DNA of 64,000 nt from a virus. Shown piece after piece: positions 40,826 to 49,232 of this stretch (the first letter of the stretch is position 1; the number at the start of each line of letters is the position of its first letter). The translations under genes and the position numbers were made by a program. The DNA lies in IMG/VR virus record IMGVR_UViG_3300044987_001050, positions 1 to 64,000 of that record. The stretch is one strand, 5' to 3'. A model generated the notes under the pieces. It saw only the letters and a program-made list of their open reading frames with translations. It did no database searches and was not told the origin of the DNA.

Positions 40826-41285
40826 TGGGTACGTGGACAATTGGTTCTCGAACATGTTACCATTCGATCACCCGCTTGTCGTTGACGGAATAACATACTT
40901 CTCGGTCGAGAATTTTTACCAAGCTTCAAAGATTGAGGCATACCGGCGCGAGTTGCGCGTCGAGATTGCAAGCATGAGCCCGCCTAAGTCGAAGGCATGC
41001 TTCCGGAGGGAACCTGACAAGTTTGTCGTGATGCAGGATTGGACGACGGGCCGCAAGCTCCGAACAATGCAGTATGCGCTCAACTGGAAGTTCTTGCCAG
41101 GCACGTCATGGCACGAGAAGCTTATGCAAACCCAAGCCGATCCTATCATTGAGTTCAACAACTGGAACGACACGTTCTGGGGCTGGGACATCAGGAAGGA
41201 GACAGGCTCAAATCATTTAGGCAGACTACTGATGGAAATGCGCGCGCGGTTTGCTCAAAGCACGCTCGACTCTTTCATGTCATAA
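40758..41285 (+). CDS. Second NADAR-family protein (start may be TTG at 40800)
   Basis: WFSN, SVENFYQASK, KF, E.NNWNDTFWG and G.NHLGRLLM motifs; ends STLDSFMS. Confidence 0.85.
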   Translation: MHTPKVPFEISPALLKTIKFRPDGYVDNWFSNMLPFDHPLVVDGITYFSVENFYQASKIEAYRRELRVEIASMSPPKSKACFRREPDKFVVMQDWTTGRKLRTMQYALNWKFLPGTSWHEKLMQTQADPIIEFNNWNDTFWGWDIRKETGSNHLGRLLMEMRARFAQSTLDSFMS

Positions 41286-41290
41286 TGTTA

Positions 41291-41319
41291 TTTACATATG
41301 ACGTCCAATAGTGTATAAT
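41291..41319 (+). promoter_or_regulatory. Promoter (TTTACA-N17-TATAAT) heading the modification operon
   Basis: ATG 7 nt after the -10 hexamer. Confidence 0.75.
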
Positions 41320-41326
41320 CATAAAA

Positions 41327-41695
41327 ATGGAAATACTCAGCGTTAACACAGTAAAAGAAACCGAAGCGATGCGCGTCCTTGACGAGTGCCGTGCAACGAT
41401 GGAAAAGAAGGGGAACGATTATCAGAATCCGCACTCGCGTATTCGACAAGCGGACTATTATCCTGCAGGCGTTGCGACGATACTTGACATCGTGCATGCC
41501 AAGGTTCTCCGCATGAGGTCCGTCATCGAAGCGATGGAGAACGATCCTAACTACGTCCCCAACTTCGAATCGTTCGAAGACTCATGCAAGGATGCAATCA
41601 ATTACCTTGCCTTCGGTGTCTCATACTCTCGCGGCAAGATTGATGGCCAAGATCCTTCGCGAGATTTTCTTAACCGCATGACACGCAAAGCATGA
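41327..41695 (+). CDS. Nucleotide-modification-associated all-alpha protein (DUF1599-like, possible dNTP pyrophosphatase)
   Basis: KKGNDYQ...KVLR...EDSCKDAINY pattern. Confidence 0.65.
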   Translation: MEILSVNTVKETEAMRVLDECRATMEKKGNDYQNPHSRIRQADYYPAGVATILDIVHAKVLRMRSVIEAMENDPNYVPNFESFEDSCKDAINYLAFGVSYSRGKIDGQDPSRDFLNRMTRKA

Positions 41696-42204
41696 ACATA
41701 ACATGTCCTTTCAGGCACGTCGTCACCGACGTTGATGGTGTCCTCACGGACGGTTCATTTCATTATTCCCCTGACGGTAAAACGCACAAGGTCTTTGGGC
41801 CGCATGATTCTGACGGTGTCAAGATCTTTCGTCGTTTGGGAATTGCTGTCTATGCGATCTCGGCGGATAAGCGTGGGTTTCCAATCACGCTAGCGAGGAT
41901 GAATGACATGAATGTCCCCATTGAATATGTTACTGAGAACAACCGATATCGGTTTGTCGCAGATAAGTTTGTGTTAGGCGATACATGCTTCATCGGTGAT
42001 GGCATTTTCGACGCGGCCCTCCTCGCGGATTGTTCATTCTCGTTCTCTCCATCGAACGCGCCTGACTTCGTTCGACAATATGCTAAGCACAACTGCAAAG
42101 CCCGCGGCGGTAACGGTGTCCTTCTTGAAGCAGCACTATATACTATCAGCACCTGGTTCCCCAATGAACTTGATGCCCTACTTAAAGACCTAAGACTACT
42201 ATGA
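41692..42204 (+). CDS. KdsC-like HAD sugar-phosphate phosphatase
   Basis: DVDGVLTDG, KVF..HD, FIGDGIFD and GGNG motifs. Confidence 0.85.
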   Translation: MNITCPFRHVVTDVDGVLTDGSFHYSPDGKTHKVFGPHDSDGVKIFRRLGIAVYAISADKRGFPITLARMNDMNVPIEYVTENNRYRFVADKFVLGDTCFIGDGIFDAALLADCSFSFSPSNAPDFVRQYAKHNCKARGGNGVLLEAALYTISTWFPNELDALLKDLRLL

Positions 42205-42725
42205 AGATCATCCTCGACGAAATGACTCGAATGGGCGACGCCCTCGACACAAAAGAAGTTCAGACATACGTTAACTCTCTCGCGTATAGGTTAATATCCA
42301 AGCCAGCTATCGTAGGTCTCGCGGCGGGTCGTATGGGATACGCGTTGCGAGCATTCATCATGCGCCTCAATCACATGGGTTTCAACGCAAGCATGATAGG
42401 CGACACGAACGTCCCTCTTATCACCGCGAATGATATCGTGCTCGTGAACAGTTCATCAGGTGAAACTCCGTCGATCCTTTTGTATGTTAAGCAAGCCCGT
42501 GACGCAGGTTCGCGTGTTTACACGACGACGTGCAACCCGATGTCGTCCATCGGCAGACTATCACATGAAGTTATTCCTCTCCCGAAAATCAATTCGGTTC
42601 AGCTGATGAAGTCGGCTTACGAACAATTCTCGATGCTGTTATATGATCACATCGTCATGGAGCTTTCATCAAAACTAAACCTAGACCCTGAGTTCACGAC
42701 TCATAATCACTCAATCCTCGAATAA
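42201..42725 (+). CDS. SIS-domain sugar-phosphate isomerase (HxlB/PHI-like)
   Basis: AGRMG...F.MRL.H.G, SSSGET, EQ and terminal HSILE motifs. Confidence 0.85.
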   Translation: MKIILDEMTRMGDALDTKEVQTYVNSLAYRLISKPAIVGLAAGRMGYALRAFIMRLNHMGFNASMIGDTNVPLITANDIVLVNSSSGETPSILLYVKQARDAGSRVYTTTCNPMSSIGRLSHEVIPLPKINSVQLMKSAYEQFSMLLYDHIVMELSSKLNLDPEFTTHNHSILE

Positions 42726-43417
42726 TGAAACCTATCTTCGGCGCATCAGTTATATGCATGGATCACCTCAACCTCGAACGCGATGTTCGGTTGTGTGCTG
42801 AACTCGGAGTCGACTACCTCCACCTCGACGCAATGGACGGCCATGCCGTTCCTCGTTATGGTGTCTATCCTGAGCAGGTTGCACGCATCGCGACCATCAC
42901 TGACCTCCCGCTTGACCTTCACCTCATGGTGTCGGATGTCGAGTTCGCGATTAGTCAGTTCGATATCTCGAAGGTCAGGACAGTAACATTCCACTTGAAC
43001 GGTAATGAAGGGCGAGCGCTTTACCTCATGGACAAGATTCGTGAAAAAGGAGCACGGCCAGGCCTTGTCATGAACCTTGACATGCCGCTCTACGCGTTGC
43101 ACCGCTTGATTGACAACGGAGAACTTGACCTCGTGATGTTCATGGGTATTCATCCTGGTGTACTCGTTCAAACGGCACGTCCTGAAACAGTTACTGATGA
43201 CATATTCGGCTTCCTCTCGGTTTATCCTAACGTCGAGATCCAAATCGACGGCGCTCTTAACTTCGACACCTTCGAACAATTTAGGAACGACGGCGTTGAT
43301 TCATTCGTCGGCGGGACGGGCACTATATATAAGAACGTAGATCGCAACACAAACTGGGAAACCCAAGAAGCGATCATCCGCACGAACATGCAACGCATCA
43401 AATCATTTCTCCAGTAA
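42725..43417 (+). CDS. rpe: Ribulose-phosphate 3-epimerase family protein (Rpe/AlsE-like)
   Basis: SVICMD, HLDAMDGHAVP, DLHLMV, TFH, MGIHPG, IQIDG and VGGT motifs. Confidence 0.85.
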   Translation: MKPIFGASVICMDHLNLERDVRLCAELGVDYLHLDAMDGHAVPRYGVYPEQVARIATITDLPLDLHLMVSDVEFAISQFDISKVRTVTFHLNGNEGRALYLMDKIREKGARPGLVMNLDMPLYALHRLIDNGELDLVMFMGIHPGVLVQTARPETVTDDIFGFLSVYPNVEIQIDGALNFDTFEQFRNDGVDSFVGGTGTIYKNVDRNTNWETQEAIIRTNMQRIKSFLQ

Positions 43418-45000
43418 TGTATAAAGTCGTAATCCCATCTGCCGGGTTAGGTTCACGCGTCGCCGCGCATTCGCCTAACATCAACAAAGCACTAATCACG
43501 ATTGGCAACAAGCCTGTCATCTCGCACGTCATCGACAAGTTCAAGAAGGACGTCGAGATCGTTGTGTTATTAGGTCATCACGGATCTTACGTAAGGCAAT
43601 CGCTCGAGGCGATCTATCCTGACCGTAAGATCTCTTTCGTTGACGTCGAGCTTTATCAAGGTGAAGGATCCGGACTTGGTCTTACGTTAGGATGCGCCGA
43701 ACATCTGTTGCAGTGCCCATTCATATTCATCTCGAACGACACAATCATTCCTGATGAAGTCATTGATCTTGACCCTAACATCACGGGCAATTGGATGGCT
43801 TACTATACCGCGACAAAAGCTGACTCGTTTAACACGTCGGTCTACCGCACCGTCGAGATTGACAACGGTGTTGTGACAAACATCAACCCGAAGGGAATCG
43901 TATGCCCTAACATTTATGTTGGTCTATGCGGTGTCAAAGATTATGACGGTTTCTGGAAGAGCATGGACAACCCGCGTGCGATTCCTGTCGGCGAATCATA
44001 CGGGCTTAAGTTTCTCAATAACATCAAAGCGATTCCTGTCCCATCATGGTGCGACACCGGGAACGTCGAATCACTTCTTAAGACGCGTGAACTGCTAGAG
44101 ACTCACGAGTTCAACATCGTTCACAAGAATGATGAGGCTATCTGGTTTTACGATAACCGCGTGATCAAGTTCAGTGTTGACGATAAGTTCATTGCTGATC
44201 GAGTCAAGCGCCTTCAAGGATTGGGCAATCAAATCTTTCCTTCACTGATCCACGTTGACAAGAACCTCTACGTCTATAACCGAATCGTCGGCGATGTTGT
44301 AAGCAAGACACTCAATGGGACTAACGTCATCGACATCCTCGACTTCGCGAAGAAGGAGATGTGGGATAACACTTCGAATGCTACGCCTGAACTCGTCGAG
44401 GCGTGTTATTCGTTCTACCGTGATAAGACGTTCAAGCGTGTCCAACAATTCTTCGACGTCTTTGAGTGTGTTGACACGGTGGACACGATTAACGGCGTGA
44501 CGATTCCGCCAATGTATGTGCTGCTTAATCGCGTTGATTGGCGCGACCTATGTGATCATCCGCATGCCTCGAAGTATCATGGCGACTTCCACAACGAAAA
44601 CATTCTAGTCACGCCGTCCGGCAATCCAATGCTGATCGACTGGCGCCAAAACTTTGGGTATGATAACCTAGACATCGGCGATGCATACTATGACTTCGCT
44701 AAGTTCATGCACGGGCTCATTGTTTCTCACCATCAGATTTTGTGCAACCACTTTACGGTCGAGCGAGATTCCTCGAATAACATCACGATAGATATTTTAC
44801 GGCCACACCGTTTAGTCGAAGCTGAGGAGACGTTCGTGAAGTGGCTGAAGGAGAATAATTATGACGCATCGCGCGTGAGATTGCTTACCGCACTAATCTT
44901 CCTGAACATCGCAGCGCTTCATGAGTATCCTTACTCGCTATACCTATTCTATCTTGGCAAACATCTACTGAACAAATACCTAGTCTCGACACTATCATGA
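43417..45000 (+). CDS. Sugar-phosphate nucleotidyltransferase fused to an APH/choline-kinase-like kinase
   Basis: N-terminal VIPSAGLGSR..NKAL and WCDTG; C-terminal HGDFHNENI, LIDWRQ and GDAYYDFAK. Confidence 0.85.
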   Translation: MYKVVIPSAGLGSRVAAHSPNINKALITIGNKPVISHVIDKFKKDVEIVVLLGHHGSYVRQSLEAIYPDRKISFVDVELYQGEGSGLGLTLGCAEHLLQCPFIFISNDTIIPDEVIDLDPNITGNWMAYYTATKADSFNTSVYRTVEIDNGVVTNINPKGIVCPNIYVGLCGVKDYDGFWKSMDNPRAIPVGESYGLKFLNNIKAIPVPSWCDTGNVESLLKTRELLETHEFNIVHKNDEAIWFYDNRVIKFSVDDKFIADRVKRLQGLGNQIFPSLIHVDKNLYVYNRIVGDVVSKTLNGTNVIDILDFAKKEMWDNTSNATPELVEACYSFYRDKTFKRVQQFFDVFECVDTVDTINGVTIPPMYVLLNRVDWRDLCDHPHASKYHGDFHNENILVTPSGNPMLIDWRQNFGYDNLDIGDAYYDFAKFMHGLIVSHHQILCNHFTVERDSSNNITIDILRPHRLVEAEETFVKWLKENNYDASRVRLLTALIFLNIAALHEYPYSLYLFYLGKHLLNKYLVSTLS

Positions 45001-46238
45001 ATATTCTAATCGGCAAAACAGGCCGCTCTATTTACTTCAACTCGAACAGTCGTGGGTTCACGGCCGGTGATGAAGAGGCGCCTATGTTATATCGGCTCCT
45101 CGCGAAAAGAAATCCCGAGCATACGTTCTATCTTATCGGCAGGTCCGACATTACACGGATGCGTGACAAGGAGACGACGGGTTCGCTATCATCCTTCTTC
45201 GATGAAGTTGAGGAGGAAGAAATCGACGAAGGTTTGCCGCCTAACATAATCAACCTCTTCGACGACTGGACGAACAAGGTTACGATTGATGATCATGTTT
45301 GGCTCGAGGAAAAGATTCGTCGACTGGACCTGAAGTTCGATGCAGGTGTTATTTTCATCGGACCTACGCCAGCCGTGGGAATTCCTAATGTAGGCATTGA
45401 ACGCCTTGACGGAAAAGGAAAGGCGAAGACACTGGAGATGTTTCAAAAGTACTATGCTGGCATTGTGCATACGCTCAATTGGACGAACACGCCGTTCATC
45501 TCAATATGTTCAGACCCTAAGTATGCTCCGCAATACGCACGCGATATCATCAATGATGAACGGGTAGTGCTTAGTCAAATCAACCAAACATACGCGCGCA
45601 AACGAATCAAGTCATACGAGGAGTCGTTGACGTTGCGTGACGTCAAGCTGAAGTACATTTACTCCGGAATCGAAACTGTCTTCCTGCTTGGCGAGAAAAA
45701 GATTGAATGGCTTGACCGTCCAAAGACGAACAAGTTTGTCATTGGCCTTAATGGCGGTCTATCTCGTGATGAGTTCATCAAGGATTGGATTCTCAAGGGT
45801 GATACGACGGGCATTAAGGTTTATGGCGAATGGGCGGACGAGTTCACGACGGGTTGGCCCGATGTCTTTGAGAACAAGAGTATCCGGTCGGTCGAGGACG
45901 TGTTCCTCAATTCGCGTTACACGATCATTGCGCCTCCGCATAAACCAACAGGAAACTTCGTAACTCAAAAGTTCTGGAAGATGATTTACTATGGCATCAT
46001 CCCGTTCTTCCATCCAAATTACGATACCGACAACATCTTCAACGTGCCAGCTATCCTTCGAGTTAAGACACCCAAGGATATGTGGGAACGAATCAAATTC
46101 CTTGACGAGAATCCCGAGACATATAAGCTCGTGCAGAAGCGGCTGTATGACATGCTTGACGACAGCTACTTCAACGGAGACTTCCTTTACAACGTCGTCA
46201 AGACGAACCTCGAGCAGTACACCGGCGTCGTTCTATAA
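44997..46238 (+). CDS. Putative DNA glycosyltransferase (GT-B, beta-glucosyltransferase-like)
   Basis: Directly follows the NDP-sugar genes; DP motif, VYGEW and T.KFW..I..GIIPF..P.YD GT-B C-terminal pattern. Confidence 0.6.
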   Translation: MNILIGKTGRSIYFNSNSRGFTAGDEEAPMLYRLLAKRNPEHTFYLIGRSDITRMRDKETTGSLSSFFDEVEEEEIDEGLPPNIINLFDDWTNKVTIDDHVWLEEKIRRLDLKFDAGVIFIGPTPAVGIPNVGIERLDGKGKAKTLEMFQKYYAGIVHTLNWTNTPFISICSDPKYAPQYARDIINDERVVLSQINQTYARKRIKSYEESLTLRDVKLKYIYSGIETVFLLGEKKIEWLDRPKTNKFVIGLNGGLSRDEFIKDWILKGDTTGIKVYGEWADEFTTGWPDVFENKSIRSVEDVFLNSRYTIIAPPHKPTGNFVTQKFWKMIYYGIIPFFHPNYDTDNIFNVPAILRVKTPKDMWERIKFLDENPETYKLVQKRLYDMLDDSYFNGDFLYNVVKTNLEQYTGVVL

Positions 46239-46258
46239 CCTATAAATCAAATCAGCCA

Positions 46259-47509
46259 ATGAATAAACAAACCAAAATTACATACGCGCCAATCATCCCG
46301 CTAATCGGTGGTGAACCTCTGGGTGTTATGACAGCACTCAATGGGCAACTGCCTGAGTATGTGTTATCATATTCGCCTTTCGCCGACAACGATTCGCACT
46401 ACATCAAATATCTCCGTGATGTTAAGGGATTCACGGGTGACTATGCTGTCATCGATGATCCTGCATTCGAGAACTATGTTCCAAAGCAGGTTGATGTTGT
46501 CATGAGCACTTGCCCGTGTGCAGGCTTGTCGTCGTTGTCCGTTGCATCGTCAGCTGATTCGCCCGTGAACGAATGGCTTTACACCTCGGCTGAGTATGTG
46601 TTATCTACCGTGAAGCCCAAGGTCTTCTGGGGAGAAAACGCGCCGCGTCTATTCTCATCGTTCGGTAAGCCCGTTGCTGATAAGCTTCATGCAATCGGTA
46701 AGAAGTACGGATATTCGCTCAACCTTTACTACACGGAGTCTAAGCTGCATGGCCTTTGCCAGAAGCGTCCGCGTACATTCTACTTCTTCACACAATCCGA
46801 AGTTGCTCCTATCTTCAAAACCTGGAGACGCGATCTCAATCCTGTTGAGGACATCCTCAAGAAGAAGACACTCAAGAAGGATCCAATGAATGTTCTCATC
46901 AACAAAGCGGACCCAATGGATAACCCATGGGTTGCATACGCGGTTGAGAAGGTCGGCGGCGGAACACTCAAAGGTGTTTATGATTACATCGAAGAAACGC
47001 AGAACCTCATCAACGGTGCGGACGGCGACTTCGGTCAGTCACTCCCAGAGGTTGCTGATTGGATGGACGCACAGGACAAACCTACGTTCTCGCATGTCGC
47101 GAAGCGCGCACGCGCAATGCAAGGCAAGCTTGATGACGGCAAAGGTTATTGGTCGCACGGCGTCACGATGTCGAAGGGTGCTATCCCATCGTTGATCGGC
47201 GCAATGCCAGGTTCGTTAATCAATCCATTCACAGGGACATTCCTAACACTTCGTGATTGTCTTCGAATCATGGGTATGCCCGAGGACTTCAATCTCGCGT
47301 CCGAGAATCCTGTTTCGAAGTCTAACCACATTTGTCAGAACGTGCCGGTGACAACTGCGCGTGACATGATGGACGGCATTCTTCAATACTTGAACGACGA
47401 TTGCGAGTTCTCTAACTCCGATTACATCAAGCAGTCTAACCGAAACTTCTCGGTCATCTCAGTCAACGCCCAAAAGGAAACTACGGCGTCCCTTGATTCC
47501 TTCTTCTAA
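46259..47509 (+). CDS. Atypical C5-cytosine methyltransferase-like protein
   Basis: Motif IV CPCAGLS, motif VI GENAP and motif VIII QKRPRTF. Motif I is divergent (IPLIGG). Ends SLDSFF. Confidence 0.7.
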   Translation: MNKQTKITYAPIIPLIGGEPLGVMTALNGQLPEYVLSYSPFADNDSHYIKYLRDVKGFTGDYAVIDDPAFENYVPKQVDVVMSTCPCAGLSSLSVASSADSPVNEWLYTSAEYVLSTVKPKVFWGENAPRLFSSFGKPVADKLHAIGKKYGYSLNLYYTESKLHGLCQKRPRTFYFFTQSEVAPIFKTWRRDLNPVEDILKKKTLKKDPMNVLINKADPMDNPWVAYAVEKVGGGTLKGVYDYIEETQNLINGADGDFGQSLPEVADWMDAQDKPTFSHVAKRARAMQGKLDDGKGYWSHGVTMSKGAIPSLIGAMPGSLINPFTGTFLTLRDCLRIMGMPEDFNLASENPVSKSNHICQNVPVTTARDMMDGILQYLNDDCEFSNSDYIKQSNRNFSVISVNAQKETTASLDSFF

Positions 47510-47531
47510 TACACACACCACACAATAACAT

Positions 47532-48608
47532 ATGTCAGCAATACTCGACAAACTCAAGAAGAACTCCCGCGTCAAATCCGCGGAGATCCTATGTGACTCA
47601 CCTTTCTTTGGAAAGGTTGAGTTGACGACAACGCCAGTGCCGATGATCAACGTCGCGCTCTCAGGCTCACTTAACGGTGGTCTCGCTTCAGGCCTTACTG
47701 TTCTTGCAGGTCCATCCAAACACTTCAAGACAAGCTATGCGTTGCTTATGGCCGCGGCATATCTGAACAAGCACAAGGACGCATGTCTGATGTTCTATGA
47801 TTCGGAATTCGGTTCGCCTCAAGCATACTTCGAATCGTTCGGGATTGATCCTGCGCGTGTTCTACACATTCCTATCAAGGATGTCGAGGAGCTGAAGTTC
47901 GACCTTGTCAACCAACTTGAAAACCTTGATCGGAAAGACAAGGTCATTATCATCATCGACTCAATTGGTAACCTTGCATCGAAGAAGGAGTTGGAGGACG
48001 CAATCGACGCGAAGTCGGTCACGGACATGTCGCGTGCAAAGTCGATCAAAGGCTTGTTCCGTATGGTCACGCCGTTCCTCACGATCAAGGATGTTCCTTG
48101 CTTGGCCGTGAACCACACATATCAAGAGATGGGCTTGTTCCCGAAAGCAGTCGTCTCAGGTGGTACTGGCATCTATTACTCCGCATCCAACATTTGGATC
48201 GTCGGTCGTCAACAAGACAAGGTAGGTACTGAGGTTCAAGGTTATCACTTCGTCATCAATGTCGAGAAGAGCCGGTTCGTCAAGGAGAAGTCCAAGATTC
48301 CGATTTCGGTTTCATGGGACGGCGGCATCGACAAGTACTCAGGTTTGCTTGACCTTGCGTTGGAAGCAGGTTTCATTCAGAAGCCATCCGCCCAATTCTG
48401 TCAGTTGCTTGACTTTGCGACCGGAGAGTTTGGTACTGCGAAGGTTCGTCCTAAGGCAATCCCTGATTCGTACTTTGCTGAACTGGTCAACTATCAACCC
48501 TTCGCGGACTACATCACGAACAAGTACACGATCGGACTTCGTCAAATGATCTCAGACGACTCAGACGAAGTTGGTCCTGACACGGATGAGGAGGACGAAG
48601 ATGCCTAA
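47532..48608 (+). CDS. uvsX: UvsX RecA-like recombinase
   Basis: NVALSG, AGPSKHFKT, YDSEFG, IDSIGNLASKKE and GGTGIYYSA motifs. Confidence 0.95.
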   Translation: MSAILDKLKKNSRVKSAEILCDSPFFGKVELTTTPVPMINVALSGSLNGGLASGLTVLAGPSKHFKTSYALLMAAAYLNKHKDACLMFYDSEFGSPQAYFESFGIDPARVLHIPIKDVEELKFDLVNQLENLDRKDKVIIIIDSIGNLASKKELEDAIDAKSVTDMSRAKSIKGLFRMVTPFLTIKDVPCLAVNHTYQEMGLFPKAVVSGGTGIYYSASNIWIVGRQQDKVGTEVQGYHFVINVEKSRFVKEKSKIPISVSWDGGIDKYSGLLDLALEAGFIQKPSAQFCQLLDFATGEFGTAKVRPKAIPDSYFAELVNYQPFADYITNKYTIGLRQMISDDSDEVGPDTDEEDEDA

Positions 48609-48891
48609 CACCAAGATAGTCCAAGTCGACATCGAATTCTCGCGTGTCAGATGGTTAGGCGAACGCACTAATGAAGTTCATCAACTTATCCGAGATGAAC
48701 TTATCAAGTACAGTGCTGAGCGTGGTAGGCAAGCGCCTACCCAGGTCATGGTTGAGGTGTCGCCTAACCTAGCAAACGAGTTGAGCTTTGGTGACGCAAC
48801 CAACTTCAACTGTAGCCTGCTAGGCGTGCCTGTTAGGTTCTCCGTGAATTGGACACTCATCAGGAATTTCATTCGACTAACCATTTCTTGA
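48601..48891 (+). CDS. Hypothetical protein (weak capsid A-domain-like pattern)
   Basis: VSP.LA.EL...LLGVPV. Confidence 0.4.
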   Translation: MPNTKIVQVDIEFSRVRWLGERTNEVHQLIRDELIKYSAERGRQAPTQVMVEVSPNLANELSFGDATNFNCSLLGVPVRFSVNWTLIRNFIRLTIS

Positions 48892-48896
48892 TTTAC

Positions 48897-49232
48897 ATGG
48901 AAGAGGAAATAGATTACAATTTTGTAGAACACGCCGATTCGACTCTTTACTCGATTCGATTGATGACCGGCAATTGGGCTGGTGTTATTTACACTTATGG
49001 GCGTGTTTCTATTAGGGAGGATCGGCGCAACGACACTGCAGTCCTCTCATTTGATTACCGCATCGAAGATGTAGGTGACACCTCATTCGCACCAGAAGAT
49101 CTGGAGACGAGTGATGCGTTTAGAAATATGATAGGTGATATCCTTGCCGATATCCTATCAAGTGAAGAAATACATATAGGCAAAGATGCAACCAAATTTA
49201 CAGACGATAATCGTAAAGGGACTACTCCATGA
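48897..49232 (+). CDS. gp40-like protein between uvsX and gene 41
   Basis: Syntenic position; IRL..G...GVIYTYG.V...LSFDY...IGDIL pattern. Confidence 0.55.
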   Translation: MEEEIDYNFVEHADSTLYSIRLMTGNWAGVIYTYGRVSIREDRRNDTAVLSFDYRIEDVGDTSFAPEDLETSDAFRNMIGDILADILSSEEIHIGKDATKFTDDNRKGTTP

